Shown here one piece after another: positions 29,712-38,366 of a DNA stretch of 64,000 nt. The notes beneath the pieces were generated by a model that was given only the letters and a program-made list of their open reading frames with translations, had not been told where the DNA came from and made no database searches. Origin of the DNA: an uncultured Bacteriovoracaceae bacterium (GTDB lineage: Bacteria > Bdellovibrionota > UBA2428); contig CALFZE010000104.1 in assembly GCA_937952285.1 (NCBI GenBank), forward strand, positions 1,932-65,931, given 5' to 3'. The stretch's first letter is position 1, and every line of letters begins with the position of its first letter. The position numbers and the translations under genes were made by a program.

Positions 29712-29952
29712 CGAAACGAATCCCCTTCTCGGTCAGGATCTCGATGATGTCCGACACCGAGGCAATACCGACAGCCTGCTCGGGCGCGAAATGGTATCCG
29801 AATGTTTCCTGAATACCGACGGCCATCGAAACCACCCCCAACGAGTCCCAAGTGGCGATGTCGGTCTTCTTGAGATCGAAATGAAACTCGTCTTCATTGA
29901 GCATGAAAACTTCCAACAAGAGAGATTTCAGTTTCTTGCGATTCTCGTTCAT
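29704..29952 (-). CDS. Acyl carrier protein
   Basis: 82 aa, acidic, with the WDSL phosphopantetheine-attachment motif. Confidence 0.9.
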   Translation of the reverse strand: MNENRKKLKSLLLEVFMLNEDEFHFDLKKTDIATWDSLGVVSMAVGIQETFGYHFAPEQAVGIASVSDIIEILTEKGIRFDE

Positions 29953-29967
29953 ATCGACCTCAGACCG

Positions 29968-31173
29968 TCAGCGATACTGTTTCCAAACGACCGTTTTGCC
30001 TTCCAGTGACGCAAGCGACTTGGCATCGGGCTTTCCATTCGCCAGGAAGGGGATATCATCGACCGATTCTATGCGAACGGGCCAATGAGGACGACGGAAT
30101 TTTTCACGGAAGACGCCGAAAATCCCCCTTAATTCCATTTCGCTGGGCCTCGGAGCCACGACCAAGACGTGTCCCCATTGCCCGTCTTTTTCTTCTTCGA
30201 GGTAAAAAGCGAAAGATCGCTTCCATACTTGCCGCAAGGCATCACCTATGACCTGAAGCGATATCTTCTCGCCAAAGCGCTTGAATACTTCGTTGCCACG
30301 TCCGACGATCCGCCAGAGGTTTTCTCCCGCGCTCTCCCCGACATCGCCGGTCGGGATCCATTCACCGACTCCGAAAGAACGAAGACCCTGCGCATCGGCC
30401 ACGGCCAGAGCTCCGTAGGGGCTGCGAAAGTGAAGGGCTCCGCCTTCCGCCACGTGCATTTCGACGCCCGGCAATGGCCTTCCTAGGATCGCCGCATCTT
30501 CCACCGTTTCGATCTTCCGGATCGTGAGTCGCGGCAAGGCCTCGGTACAGCCGAAGTTGTTATATATATCGGCACGAGGAAAAAGATCGCGGAGATAATC
30601 AAGGTCGCCAGCCGGGAAAACGCCGCCCGCGAAATTCACTCGAATCACTTCCGGGAAACGGCGGCCCGGAGAAAAATAACGCCGCATAAGAGAAACCTGC
30701 GAGCCCACGAGACAAACCATGCTCGCGGGAGATCGATCGAGCGTCTCGGCCCAACCTTCGGGATCAGCAAGCCCCGCGGTCGGGATCAACGGACGGCCAA
30801 AGACATTCGACCAGATCCATTGGTTCACCAGACAATAGGAGTAAGTAAAGGGCAGAGACGACACGGTCGTCTGAACGACTTCGAGCGACTGATGTTCGTG
30901 GATGACATGCGCCAAGGCTTCCGCGCGGGACTTAAGCCCCACGACGAGTTTCGGCGCTCCCGTACTTCCCGACGTCAAAAGGGCAAAACATCCTTCAGGG
31001 AATGCGGCGTCCACTTGTCCCAGGGTACGATCAAACCATGCGCTATCTACCGACGCAGGTTCCTGAACGAGAATCAAGCTCTCCTTCTCCCGCCAAGCCG
31101 CGCGAAGTCCCTCGAGACCTGCCCGCGTGCTTTCGAGATTTTGATGCAAGGCGGGAAACTTCAAGATCTGCAT
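29968..31173 (-). CDS. AMP-dependent acyl-CoA/acyl-ACP ligase
   Basis: LLTSGSTGAPK, NNFGCTEA, IPTGDVG, GRGNEVFKRFGEKIS and NGKPD. Confidence 0.88.
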   Translation of the reverse strand: MQILKFPALHQNLESTRAGLEGLRAAWREKESLILVQEPASVDSAWFDRTLGQVDAAFPEGCFALLTSGSTGAPKLVVGLKSRAEALAHVIHEHQSLEVVQTTVSSLPFTYSYCLVNQWIWSNVFGRPLIPTAGLADPEGWAETLDRSPASMVCLVGSQVSLMRRYFSPGRRFPEVIRVNFAGGVFPAGDLDYLRDLFPRADIYNNFGCTEALPRLTIRKIETVEDAAILGRPLPGVEMHVAEGGALHFRSPYGALAVADAQGLRSFGVGEWIPTGDVGESAGENLWRIVGRGNEVFKRFGEKISLQVIGDALRQVWKRSFAFYLEEEKDGQWGHVLVVAPRPSEMELRGIFGVFREKFRRPHWPVRIESVDDIPFLANGKPDAKSLASLEGKTVVWKQYR

Positions 31174-31181
31174 TTCGCCCC

Positions 31182-32132
31182 TTAGATCACTTCAGCGATC
31201 GAGGTTTGGGGGCGTTGGGTCGCCATCGCTAACAAGCGACGTAAGTATTCACCGATAACGCCTATGCAGAGCAAAATCAGGCCCGTCGAAAGAAAAATAC
31301 TCGCGATCACCGAAGTAAAACCAAGGGGTGCCCCAAAGAAGAGCTTCTTCGCAACGAAGAACGAACCCGCAAGAAAACTGAAGCCCGACATGAGAAGCCC
31401 CAAAAAAACGACCGCTCGCAGGGGAAGCGTCGTATAGTCGAAGACTAGACGACTCGCCATTCGCACGAGGCCCCAAATTCGATAACCAGATTCCCCAGAT
31501 ACACGTTCCCGATGCTCCACGACTACCGAAGTGACCGACCGTGTGTGCCACGAAACGAGGCCATCGAGATAAAGAGAACTCTGACTGAACTTAGTGAGCT
31601 TTTCGTAGAGCGACCGCCGAAGGAGACGAAAAGAAGATGCCTTCACTTTGCTCTCGAACGCGTAACTAAGAATACGTTGGACCCCGCGACTTCCGAGATT
31701 TCGGAGCGAACCATGTTTCTTCTCAGCGTAAACGCCATATACGAGATCGAAATTCCCTTCCTTCTGACGTTCCCGAAGCTTGAGGATTTCCGAAGGGGGC
31801 GTCTGTAGGTCATCGTCGATCGTGACCGCGAACTCTCCGCGCGCGAAGCGAAAGCCGCAAAGAGTAGCGTTGTGCTGACCGAAGTTCCGCGCCAAACGAA
31901 CGCCGCGAACCCTCCCACCCGAGGCATCGCACAACGAAACGATCGTTTTCCAGGTGCCGTCCATACTCCCGTCGTCCACGAAGATAACTTCGTAGGTGAG
32001 GCCTGCCGACCGGAAAACACGGTCCAGATGCTCCAAGAGATCGGCGAGCGTCCGCTCGGAATAATAGCAAGGGACGACCACGCTGTAGGCGATCCCAGAT
32101 TCGACGGTAGAGGGTAAAGTCTCAAGACTCAC
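31182..32132 (-). CDS. GT2 polyprenyl-phosphate glycosyltransferase (GtrB/ArnC-like)
   Basis: SVVVPCY, VDDGSMD, RNFGQHNA...G, TIDDDLQTPP, two C-terminal TM helices and IGVIGEY. Confidence 0.9.
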   Translation of the reverse strand: MSLETLPSTVESGIAYSVVVPCYYSERTLADLLEHLDRVFRSAGLTYEVIFVDDGSMDGTWKTIVSLCDASGGRVRGVRLARNFGQHNATLCGFRFARGEFAVTIDDDLQTPPSEILKLRERQKEGNFDLVYGVYAEKKHGSLRNLGSRGVQRILSYAFESKVKASSFRLLRRSLYEKLTKFSQSSLYLDGLVSWHTRSVTSVVVEHRERVSGESGYRIWGLVRMASRLVFDYTTLPLRAVVFLGLLMSGFSFLAGSFFVAKKLFFGAPLGFTSVIASIFLSTGLILLCIGVIGEYLRRLLAMATQRPQTSIAEVI

Positions 32133-32286
32133 GGCTATTGGGAAGTCCTATTAGATACGAGGGGTTTGGGCAAATCCTACCCCGGCGACAGACCTCGAAC
32201 GAGAGGGACAGACGACCCAAATCTCCCCTGGACGAGGCTTGAGAAGTTCCGAGTCATTGTTATGGTGTCCTACGGATGGAATCCGC

Positions 32287-33423
32287 ATGACGGCTAAAAT
32301 CAGCTTCAATCGCCCTACCTTAGCCGGCCGTGAGATGGAGTATCTCGAGCGGGCGGTTCGCAACGGACACATCTCCGGGGACGGGGAGTTCACCCACCGC
32401 TGCCAAAGTCTCCTCGAGCGGGAACTCGGCGCCCGGAAAGCCCTTCTCACGACGTCCTGTACGGACGCCCTCGAAATGGCTGCGATTCTTCTGGACGTCC
32501 AGCCCGGAGACGAAGTCATCGTTCCTTCCTTCACTTTTGTTTCGACGGTCAACGCCTTCGTCCTAAGGGGCGCCAAGCCTATTTTCGTGGACGTTCGTCC
32601 GGATACCCTGAACCTCGACGAACGGCTGATCGAAAAGCATCTATCGCCTCGAACAAAAGCCATCGTCCCCGTTCACTACGCCGGCGTTGGCTGCGAAATG
32701 GACGCCATCCTCGAGATCTCCGCGAAGTTGAAAGTGCCGGTGGTCGAAGACAACGCCCATGGGCTCTTCGGATCTTACCGCGGCCGCCCGCTAGGCTCGT
32801 TCGGATCCCTCGCTACGCAAAGTTTCCACGAAACCAAGAATTTCTCCTGCGGAGAGGGTGGGGTCCTTCTTATAAACGACGAAGCTTTCGTGGAAAGGGC
32901 TGAAATCATCCGCGAAAAGGGAACGAATCGGTCCCGCTTCTTCCGCGGCCAAGTCGACAAATACGGATGGGTCGATCTTGGATCCAGCTTCTTGCCCTCG
33001 GACTTGCTGGCGGCCTATCTTCTCGCCCAACTCGAAGCGAAAGACACGATCCAGAGCAAACGGGAACGTATTTGGAACCGCTATTCCGAAGGCCTGCACG
33101 ATTGGGCGGAACGATCGAACGTTTCTTTGCCCCACATCCCGAAGCACTGTGGGCAAGCCTTCCATATGTTCTACATGTTGCTCCCGAATCTTGAAATACG
33201 CCAACGCCTTATCGCGCATCTCAAAGCACAAAACATCTTGGCGGTTTTCCACTACCTCCCCCTGCACGCATCCGAATTCGGACGCAAGCTAGGAGGCCAT
33301 CCGGGTCAATGCCCCGTAACGGAAGACGTCAGCGACCGCCTACTACGCCTGCCATTTTACAACGACCTTTCGCCCGAAGACCAAGCACGGGTCATCGAAG
33401 TCGTAACGAGCTTCGAAGTTTAG
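32287..33423 (+). CDS. wecE: dTDP-4-amino-4,6-dideoxygalactose transaminase (WecE/RffA-like, DegT family)
   Basis: LLTTSCTDALEMAA, PVHYAGV, EDNAHG, SFHETKN..CGEGG, REKGTNR..FFRGQVDKYGW and FHYLPLH. Confidence 0.9.
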   Translation: MTAKISFNRPTLAGREMEYLERAVRNGHISGDGEFTHRCQSLLERELGARKALLTTSCTDALEMAAILLDVQPGDEVIVPSFTFVSTVNAFVLRGAKPIFVDVRPDTLNLDERLIEKHLSPRTKAIVPVHYAGVGCEMDAILEISAKLKVPVVEDNAHGLFGSYRGRPLGSFGSLATQSFHETKNFSCGEGGVLLINDEAFVERAEIIREKGTNRSRFFRGQVDKYGWVDLGSSFLPSDLLAAYLLAQLEAKDTIQSKRERIWNRYSEGLHDWAERSNVSLPHIPKHCGQAFHMFYMLLPNLEIRQRLIAHLKAQNILAVFHYLPLHASEFGRKLGGHPGQCPVTEDVSDRLLRLPFYNDLSPEDQARVIEVVTSFEV

Positions 33424-34915
33424 ACTTCAAGCGTCGGAGAAAACTTTTAAAACGTGCCGCGAGAGACCCTTCTTCCGTCGCGGCGCCATCTGAAATGATG
33501 ACGGAACGCGCCATGAGATTCACTTCGCCGACGGAGACGTCAAGCGCGCGGCCTTTTATCTTCAAGGACCGGATTCCAATATCGCGCTCGATCACGAACC
33601 ATGGGTCGTCCGTAGCAAACAGAAAATTCGGGCCGTTCGAAACGGCAGCATTGTTAGGACATTTTGCGATGTCGATAACGTGAGCTACTCCCGCCTCATC
33701 TTCCCAGACCAAACTTTCGAGAATGATTTTGTGAAATTCTCTTCCTTCCCAAGGATCCAGACGCAAACAGCCTTCGACGGGCAATCCTCGTAGATCGACG
33801 CTGGCCGAAAAACGGCCGAACGTGTCGACCGAGTAGGAGAAAGATTGCCGCTTGGCTTCGGAGGTTTCGGTGCCGTAATAAACAGCCCCCTTCACGATCC
33901 TCGAAAAATCATGATTGATCGCCGAAATCGAGATCTGATGATCGGCATCCATCTTGAAACAAAGCGCGGCGGACAATCCGTAGGCGTCCTTGAGCCGGTG
34001 ACGTCGCTCGTGGTTGGCTTTATCCAGCAACATGTGCAAGCGCAAAGAAGCCGCGACGGCCGACGAGGAAAGCCCTCTTTGGAAGAGCAGCCGAACCTCT
34101 TCGGCTTCGCGATCGAAGAGGGGATCACTGGGGCGCTTCACAAGTTGGCGGTCAAAAGCCTTCGCGAAAAGTTCGTCCGAGAGACCTTCGAAAGCCCGGG
34201 ATAAAACGTAAAACATCTCGTTCGCCGTGCGAAGGTCCGTCGTGAAGGCCGGGTGACTAAGATTCGTGCCGCCTTCGCGGAGGCGGTACCGCGAAAGCGG
34301 CTTTTCCAGCACCACGAAACGATTGCGGGCGGCGAGACGCATCCACAATTCGTAGTCCTGCAGCTGCAAGAGCGACGGCCGGAAGAGTTCCTCGGGCAGC
34401 GCCGAACGGCGACAGAAGAACGTCGACGCGTTCAAGAGATTCCCCTGCGAGAAGAGACGCTCCACGAGTTCCGCCTGGCTAAGATCGAGCACCGGAAAGC
34501 ACCCGTCCGCCCAGGAAGTCTCGAGGATCGGACGACCCGCGTGATCGATGAACTCGACGGCGCCAAAGACGTAGTCGACCCCCGGCTGGGAACAAGCCGC
34601 GAGTGAGCGTTCGATACGATCGGGCAAAGCCACATCGTCACCCGAAAGGATGGCCAGGAACTCCCCCTTGGCCTCCCGCATCCCCCGGTTCAAGCAGCCG
34701 CTGGGACCTTGGTTTTCTTGGCGAATGAGCCGTATCCGCTTGTCGCCCATGGCGGCCACGACGTCGGCCCCGCCGTCCGTCGATCCGTCGTCCACGACGA
34801 TGATCTCGAGGTGGCGATAAGTTTGGGCGAGCAGACTCTCGATTGCGGGACCGATGAGGTCCCGAAAATTAAAGAGGGAAACGACGACGCTGACCAAAGG
34901 TTCGGGGGTGCTCAT
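33392..34915 (-). CDS. GT2 glycosyltransferase with a C-terminal beta-rich domain
   Basis: LVSVVV, VVDDGSTD, NQGPSGCLNRG and LQLQDYELW. The C-terminal domain contains LRLDP and F.TDDPWF. Confidence 0.88.
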   Translation of the reverse strand: MSTPEPLVSVVVSLFNFRDLIGPAIESLLAQTYRHLEIIVVDDGSTDGGADVVAAMGDKRIRLIRQENQGPSGCLNRGMREAKGEFLAILSGDDVALPDRIERSLAACSQPGVDYVFGAVEFIDHAGRPILETSWADGCFPVLDLSQAELVERLFSQGNLLNASTFFCRRSALPEELFRPSLLQLQDYELWMRLAARNRFVVLEKPLSRYRLREGGTNLSHPAFTTDLRTANEMFYVLSRAFEGLSDELFAKAFDRQLVKRPSDPLFDREAEEVRLLFQRGLSSSAVAASLRLHMLLDKANHERRHRLKDAYGLSAALCFKMDADHQISISAINHDFSRIVKGAVYYGTETSEAKRQSFSYSVDTFGRFSASVDLRGLPVEGCLRLDPWEGREFHKIILESLVWEDEAGVAHVIDIAKCPNNAAVSNGPNFLFATDDPWFVIERDIGIRSLKIKGRALDVSVGEVNLMARSVIISDGAATEEGSLAARFKSFLRRLKSKLRSSLRLR

Positions 34916-34998
34916 CCTCGGCGTCGAGGCTAACGGGCCCCCCTCGCCGCGACAAGTCTGGCGATTCGTTTTATAGTTTTCGTTCGGAGCATAGAAGC

Positions 34999-35472
34999 AT
35001 GAATAAGCCCTCTTATTTCGTCCATCCCCAAGCTCTCGTCGACGAAGGCGCGCAGATCGGCGAAGGTTCTCGCATCTGGGCCTTCGCCCACGTCCTCGGC
35101 AAGGCGCGCCTCGGGCGCAACTGCAACATCTGCGACCACACCTTCGTCGAGAACAACGTCGTGATCGGGGACAACGTCACGCTCAAGTGTGGCGTCTACC
35201 TTTGGGACGGACTCATCGTCGAGGACGACGTCTTCATCGGACCCAACGCGACCTTCACGAACGATAAGCATCCGCGCAGCGGCAACCGCGATTTCAAACT
35301 CCTGCAGACTCGCATCGGACGAGGCGCGAGCCTCGGAGCGAACTGCACGATCCTGCCGGGCATCCAGATCGGCGCGGGCGCCGTCGTGGGAGCCGGAGCT
35401 GTCGTGACCAAAGACGTCCCCGCGGGCGCCACGGTCGTCGGCAACCCGGCGCGAATTCTCCGCGCCAAGTAG
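34999..35472 (+). CDS. Hexapeptide-repeat sugar N-acetyltransferase (FdtC/WxcM-like)
   Basis: IGEGSRIWAFAHV, CNICDHTFVEN, VFIGPNATFTNDKHPRS and VVGNPAR. Confidence 0.92.
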   Translation: MNKPSYFVHPQALVDEGAQIGEGSRIWAFAHVLGKARLGRNCNICDHTFVENNVVIGDNVTLKCGVYLWDGLIVEDDVFIGPNATFTNDKHPRSGNRDFKLLQTRIGRGASLGANCTILPGIQIGAGAVVGAGAVVTKDVPAGATVVGNPARILRAK

Positions 35473-35475
35473 CCT

Positions 35476-36741
35476 TTAAAGATTGGGGCCCCACTGGACC
35501 GGGGCACAGCCTTCCGCGCTAAAGCCCCGCGATAAGACGCGGGCACGCGGAGCGGGGCGACGAATCGCCGTACTTCCGAGCATCGCTTCTACGCGATTAC
35601 CGAAGGTATGGCGCGCTTTGACCACGGCCAAAGCACGCGTCGCCAGACGCGTAGCCTTTTCCCGATCACGCACGACCTCGACGACACGCTCGCGCGCTTC
35701 CTCAGGAGAGTCGTAGCCCAGGAACTCGCCCTCTTCCTCGAAGAGTTCGTCGAGCTCTTGGTGGCGATCCGTGACGAGCGGCGTTCCCGACGCCATGATG
35801 TCGAAAATCCGGATCGGAAATCCGCTCTTGGCCTGGTGGTGCGCGATGCTGATGCAAGCGCGCGACCCCTGGTAAAGTTTAGCGAGTTCCTCGCTCTTAC
35901 CGATGGGCGCGAGACGAAAGCGCGACATCAAGCGGGGACTAAAGACCGGGGCCAGATTCATCCAACTCCAACGGGTCCCGTGGATACGAAGGTCGAGATC
36001 CGACAGCGCGGACAAAACCTCGAGACGCTTGCGCGTCGAAAGAAAGTCATCGATCGCGTTCAAAATTTCACGGGGGTCAAGCACGGGCCCAAAGCGGCTT
36101 CCGACATCGGCCACGACATCCCGCATGTCATCTTGTTCGTAGGCTTCCACGATATTCAGGAAAGCGACGAGATCTTGATCGTTCTTCGCGACCTGGCGGA
36201 GCAAACTCTGAAAGCCCGACGGTTCCCACAGCGTCCCCACGAAGGAAACGTCGCAAACCTTAAGGGGAGCCGGCGTGGGACATTCGAACAAAGCGGGATC
36301 ACAACAAAAGGGAAGGTAATGAAGTTGGCCGGCGCCCAAATCAGGGTGGAGCGCGCAAACCTGCTCGATCATGAAGCGCGTCGCGCAGAAGATCCGGTCC
36401 GTCGACTTGAACTGACGGAGCGAAGCCGGAAAGCGGCCCGGATTGTCGATGTACCAATAATGGACTTGGACGTTCGTCGAGAACTCGCTTCGCACGGCCC
36501 CTACGAGTCCGGCCCCATTGAGCGAAACGACGGCTTCCGGCGCGAAATCCCGGATCGCGGCCAACACGCGGCCTTTATCCTGGGGCGATCGGAACTCGCC
36601 CTCCCAGTTCATGAAGTCCGTCGTCTGGACGAAGAGAAATTCTTCGCTTCGACGCGCCAGTTCCGAAAGAAGTTCCTGTCGGAAAGGATCCAACCGCGAG
36701 TTGGATTCCATGTAGTTATCCGAAAGGAACAACAGCCTCAT
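35476..36741 (-). CDS. GT-B glycosyltransferase (CgeB/Glyco_trans_1_2-like)
   Basis: YLPFCCDP, DVSFVGT, and C-terminal RIFDIMASG..LVTD....LF and HTF.NR. Confidence 0.8.
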   Translation of the reverse strand: MRLLFLSDNYMESNSRLDPFRQELLSELARRSEEFLFVQTTDFMNWEGEFRSPQDKGRVLAAIRDFAPEAVVSLNGAGLVGAVRSEFSTNVQVHYWYIDNPGRFPASLRQFKSTDRIFCATRFMIEQVCALHPDLGAGQLHYLPFCCDPALFECPTPAPLKVCDVSFVGTLWEPSGFQSLLRQVAKNDQDLVAFLNIVEAYEQDDMRDVVADVGSRFGPVLDPREILNAIDDFLSTRKRLEVLSALSDLDLRIHGTRWSWMNLAPVFSPRLMSRFRLAPIGKSEELAKLYQGSRACISIAHHQAKSGFPIRIFDIMASGTPLVTDRHQELDELFEEEGEFLGYDSPEEARERVVEVVRDREKATRLATRALAVVKARHTFGNRVEAMLGSTAIRRPAPRARVLSRGFSAEGCAPVQWGPNL

Positions 36742-37859
36742 CGCGCCAAAGACCCTACGGTCTCCTGAAGGGCTGCGGCAACGACGCGCGCGTCCGCTTC
36801 CGAAAGGTGCGGTCCGATCGGCAGACTCAAAAGCGTCGCGGCCGACTCTTCCGTCACCGGAAAGCTTCCTTGACGATAGCCAAGATCTTCGTAGGCTTTC
36901 GCAAGGTGGCAGGGGATCGGATAGTGGATTAGCGTCTGGATGCCACGCTTGGCCAGCTCAGCTTGGACTTCGTCTCGACGCGGAACCTGGACGGTAAAGA
37001 GGTGCCAAGAGCTCTGAACGCCCGGGCGCAGCTTCACGCAGCGGATAACGGGGTTTCCGGCGAAAGCCTTCGAATAGAGATCCGCCAAGCGCTGACGGCG
37101 CAGGTTCCACTCATCCAAGTGCTTGAGCTTGACCCTCAGGAAAGCCGCTTGGAACTCATCGAGCCTCGAATTGAAGCCCTTCAAATCGTGGTGGTACTTT
37201 TTCGAGGATCCGTAGTTACGCAGCTTCTGGATGCGTTCGAAAACCTCGCGGTCATTCGTGCAAATCGCTCCGCCATCCCCGAAAGCGCCCAGGTTCTTGC
37301 CCGGATAGAAGCTGAAGGCGGCGCAATCGCCGAAGGCGCCCGCGCGTTTCCCGTCCACGGCCGAGCCGTGCGCTTGGGCGGCGTCTTCGATGACCTTGAT
37401 TCCGTGCTTACGAGCGACCTGAACGAGGGCCGGCAAGTCTCCCATGTGACCGTACAAGTGAACCGGGATGACGGCCCGGGTCTTGGGCGTGATTGCCGCC
37501 TCAAAACCGGCCGCCGACATCTGAAGATCCTGGGGATCCACGTCGACCGCGACCGGGATCGCGCCCACGTCCGAAACGGCCAACCAGGTGGCGATAAAGG
37601 TATTGGCCGGCACGATGACCTCGTCGCCTCTGCCCACGCCGAGCGCCAAGAGCGCCATTTTCAGGGCATCCAGGCCATTCGCCACGCCGAGACAGTGAGT
37701 CGTCCCGCAATACTGCGCGAACTCCGCCTCGAAGGCTTCGAGCTCGCGACCCATGATGTACCAACCGCCCCCCAGGACTCGGAGAGAAGCTTCGTCGCAC
37801 TCTCCTTTCAGTTCCGTGTAGGTACTGAGCAAATCGAGGAAAGGCACTTTCGTAAGCAC
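36738..37859 (-). CDS. fdtB: DegT-family aminotransferase (FdtB/QdtB-like)
   Basis: GVANGLDAL, PVHLYG, EDAAQAHG, FSFYPGKNLGAFGDGG and NSRLDE. Adjacent to fdtA. Confidence 0.88.
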   Translation of the reverse strand: MLTKVPFLDLLSTYTELKGECDEASLRVLGGGWYIMGRELEAFEAEFAQYCGTTHCLGVANGLDALKMALLALGVGRGDEVIVPANTFIATWLAVSDVGAIPVAVDVDPQDLQMSAAGFEAAITPKTRAVIPVHLYGHMGDLPALVQVARKHGIKVIEDAAQAHGSAVDGKRAGAFGDCAAFSFYPGKNLGAFGDGGAICTNDREVFERIQKLRNYGSSKKYHHDLKGFNSRLDEFQAAFLRVKLKHLDEWNLRRQRLADLYSKAFAGNPVIRCVKLRPGVQSSWHLFTVQVPRRDEVQAELAKRGIQTLIHYPIPCHLAKAYEDLGYRQGSFPVTEESAATLLSLPIGPHLSEADARVVAAALQETVGSLAR

Positions 37860-37867
37860 AGGTTCTC

Positions 37868-38284
37868 CTATTTTTTCGAAGCCACGACGCCGCGGAAATC
37901 ATCGTAGTTCCGATAATAGTCGCTTTCGTCGTAGTGCTCCGATGCGAGGACCAGACAGACCGAGCCCGAGGAAAAATTCACGAGCTCCCGCCAAACCATC
38001 GTCGACACGAGGAGACCTTCGTAGCTCTTATTAAGCGTCACCGTTTTACGTTGAAAACCGTCGTCCAACACGACGTCGAAGCTGCCATTGGCGGCGATGA
38101 TGAGCTGTTGAAGTTTTCTATGGGCGTGGCCACCACGGGCTTCCCCGCCCGGGACGTCGTAGAGGTAATAAACCCGGCGGATATCGAAGGGGATCGGGGA
38201 TTGACCGCTTTCGATGAAAGTCAGATTCCCGCGCGGGTCCGAAATCTTCGGCAGGCGAACGACTTCACAAGCCTCAATTCCCAT
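37868..38284 (-). CDS. fdtA: dTDP-4-keto-6-deoxyglucose 3,4-ketoisomerase (FdtA/QdtA cupin)
   Basis: DPRGNLTFIE, PFDIRRVYYLYDVP, RGGHAH and LVLASEHYDESDYYRNY. Confidence 0.93.
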   Translation of the reverse strand: MGIEACEVVRLPKISDPRGNLTFIESGQSPIPFDIRRVYYLYDVPGGEARGGHAHRKLQQLIIAANGSFDVVLDDGFQRKTVTLNKSYEGLLVSTMVWRELVNFSSGSVCLVLASEHYDESDYYRNYDDFRGVVASKK

Positions 38285-38366
38285 AGGGCTTCTCTACTCA
38301 AGCCCCCCTCGTTTATCAAACCCCCGTCTATTGTCACTGCGAACGCCGCCGTCTAAATCCTCTTCG

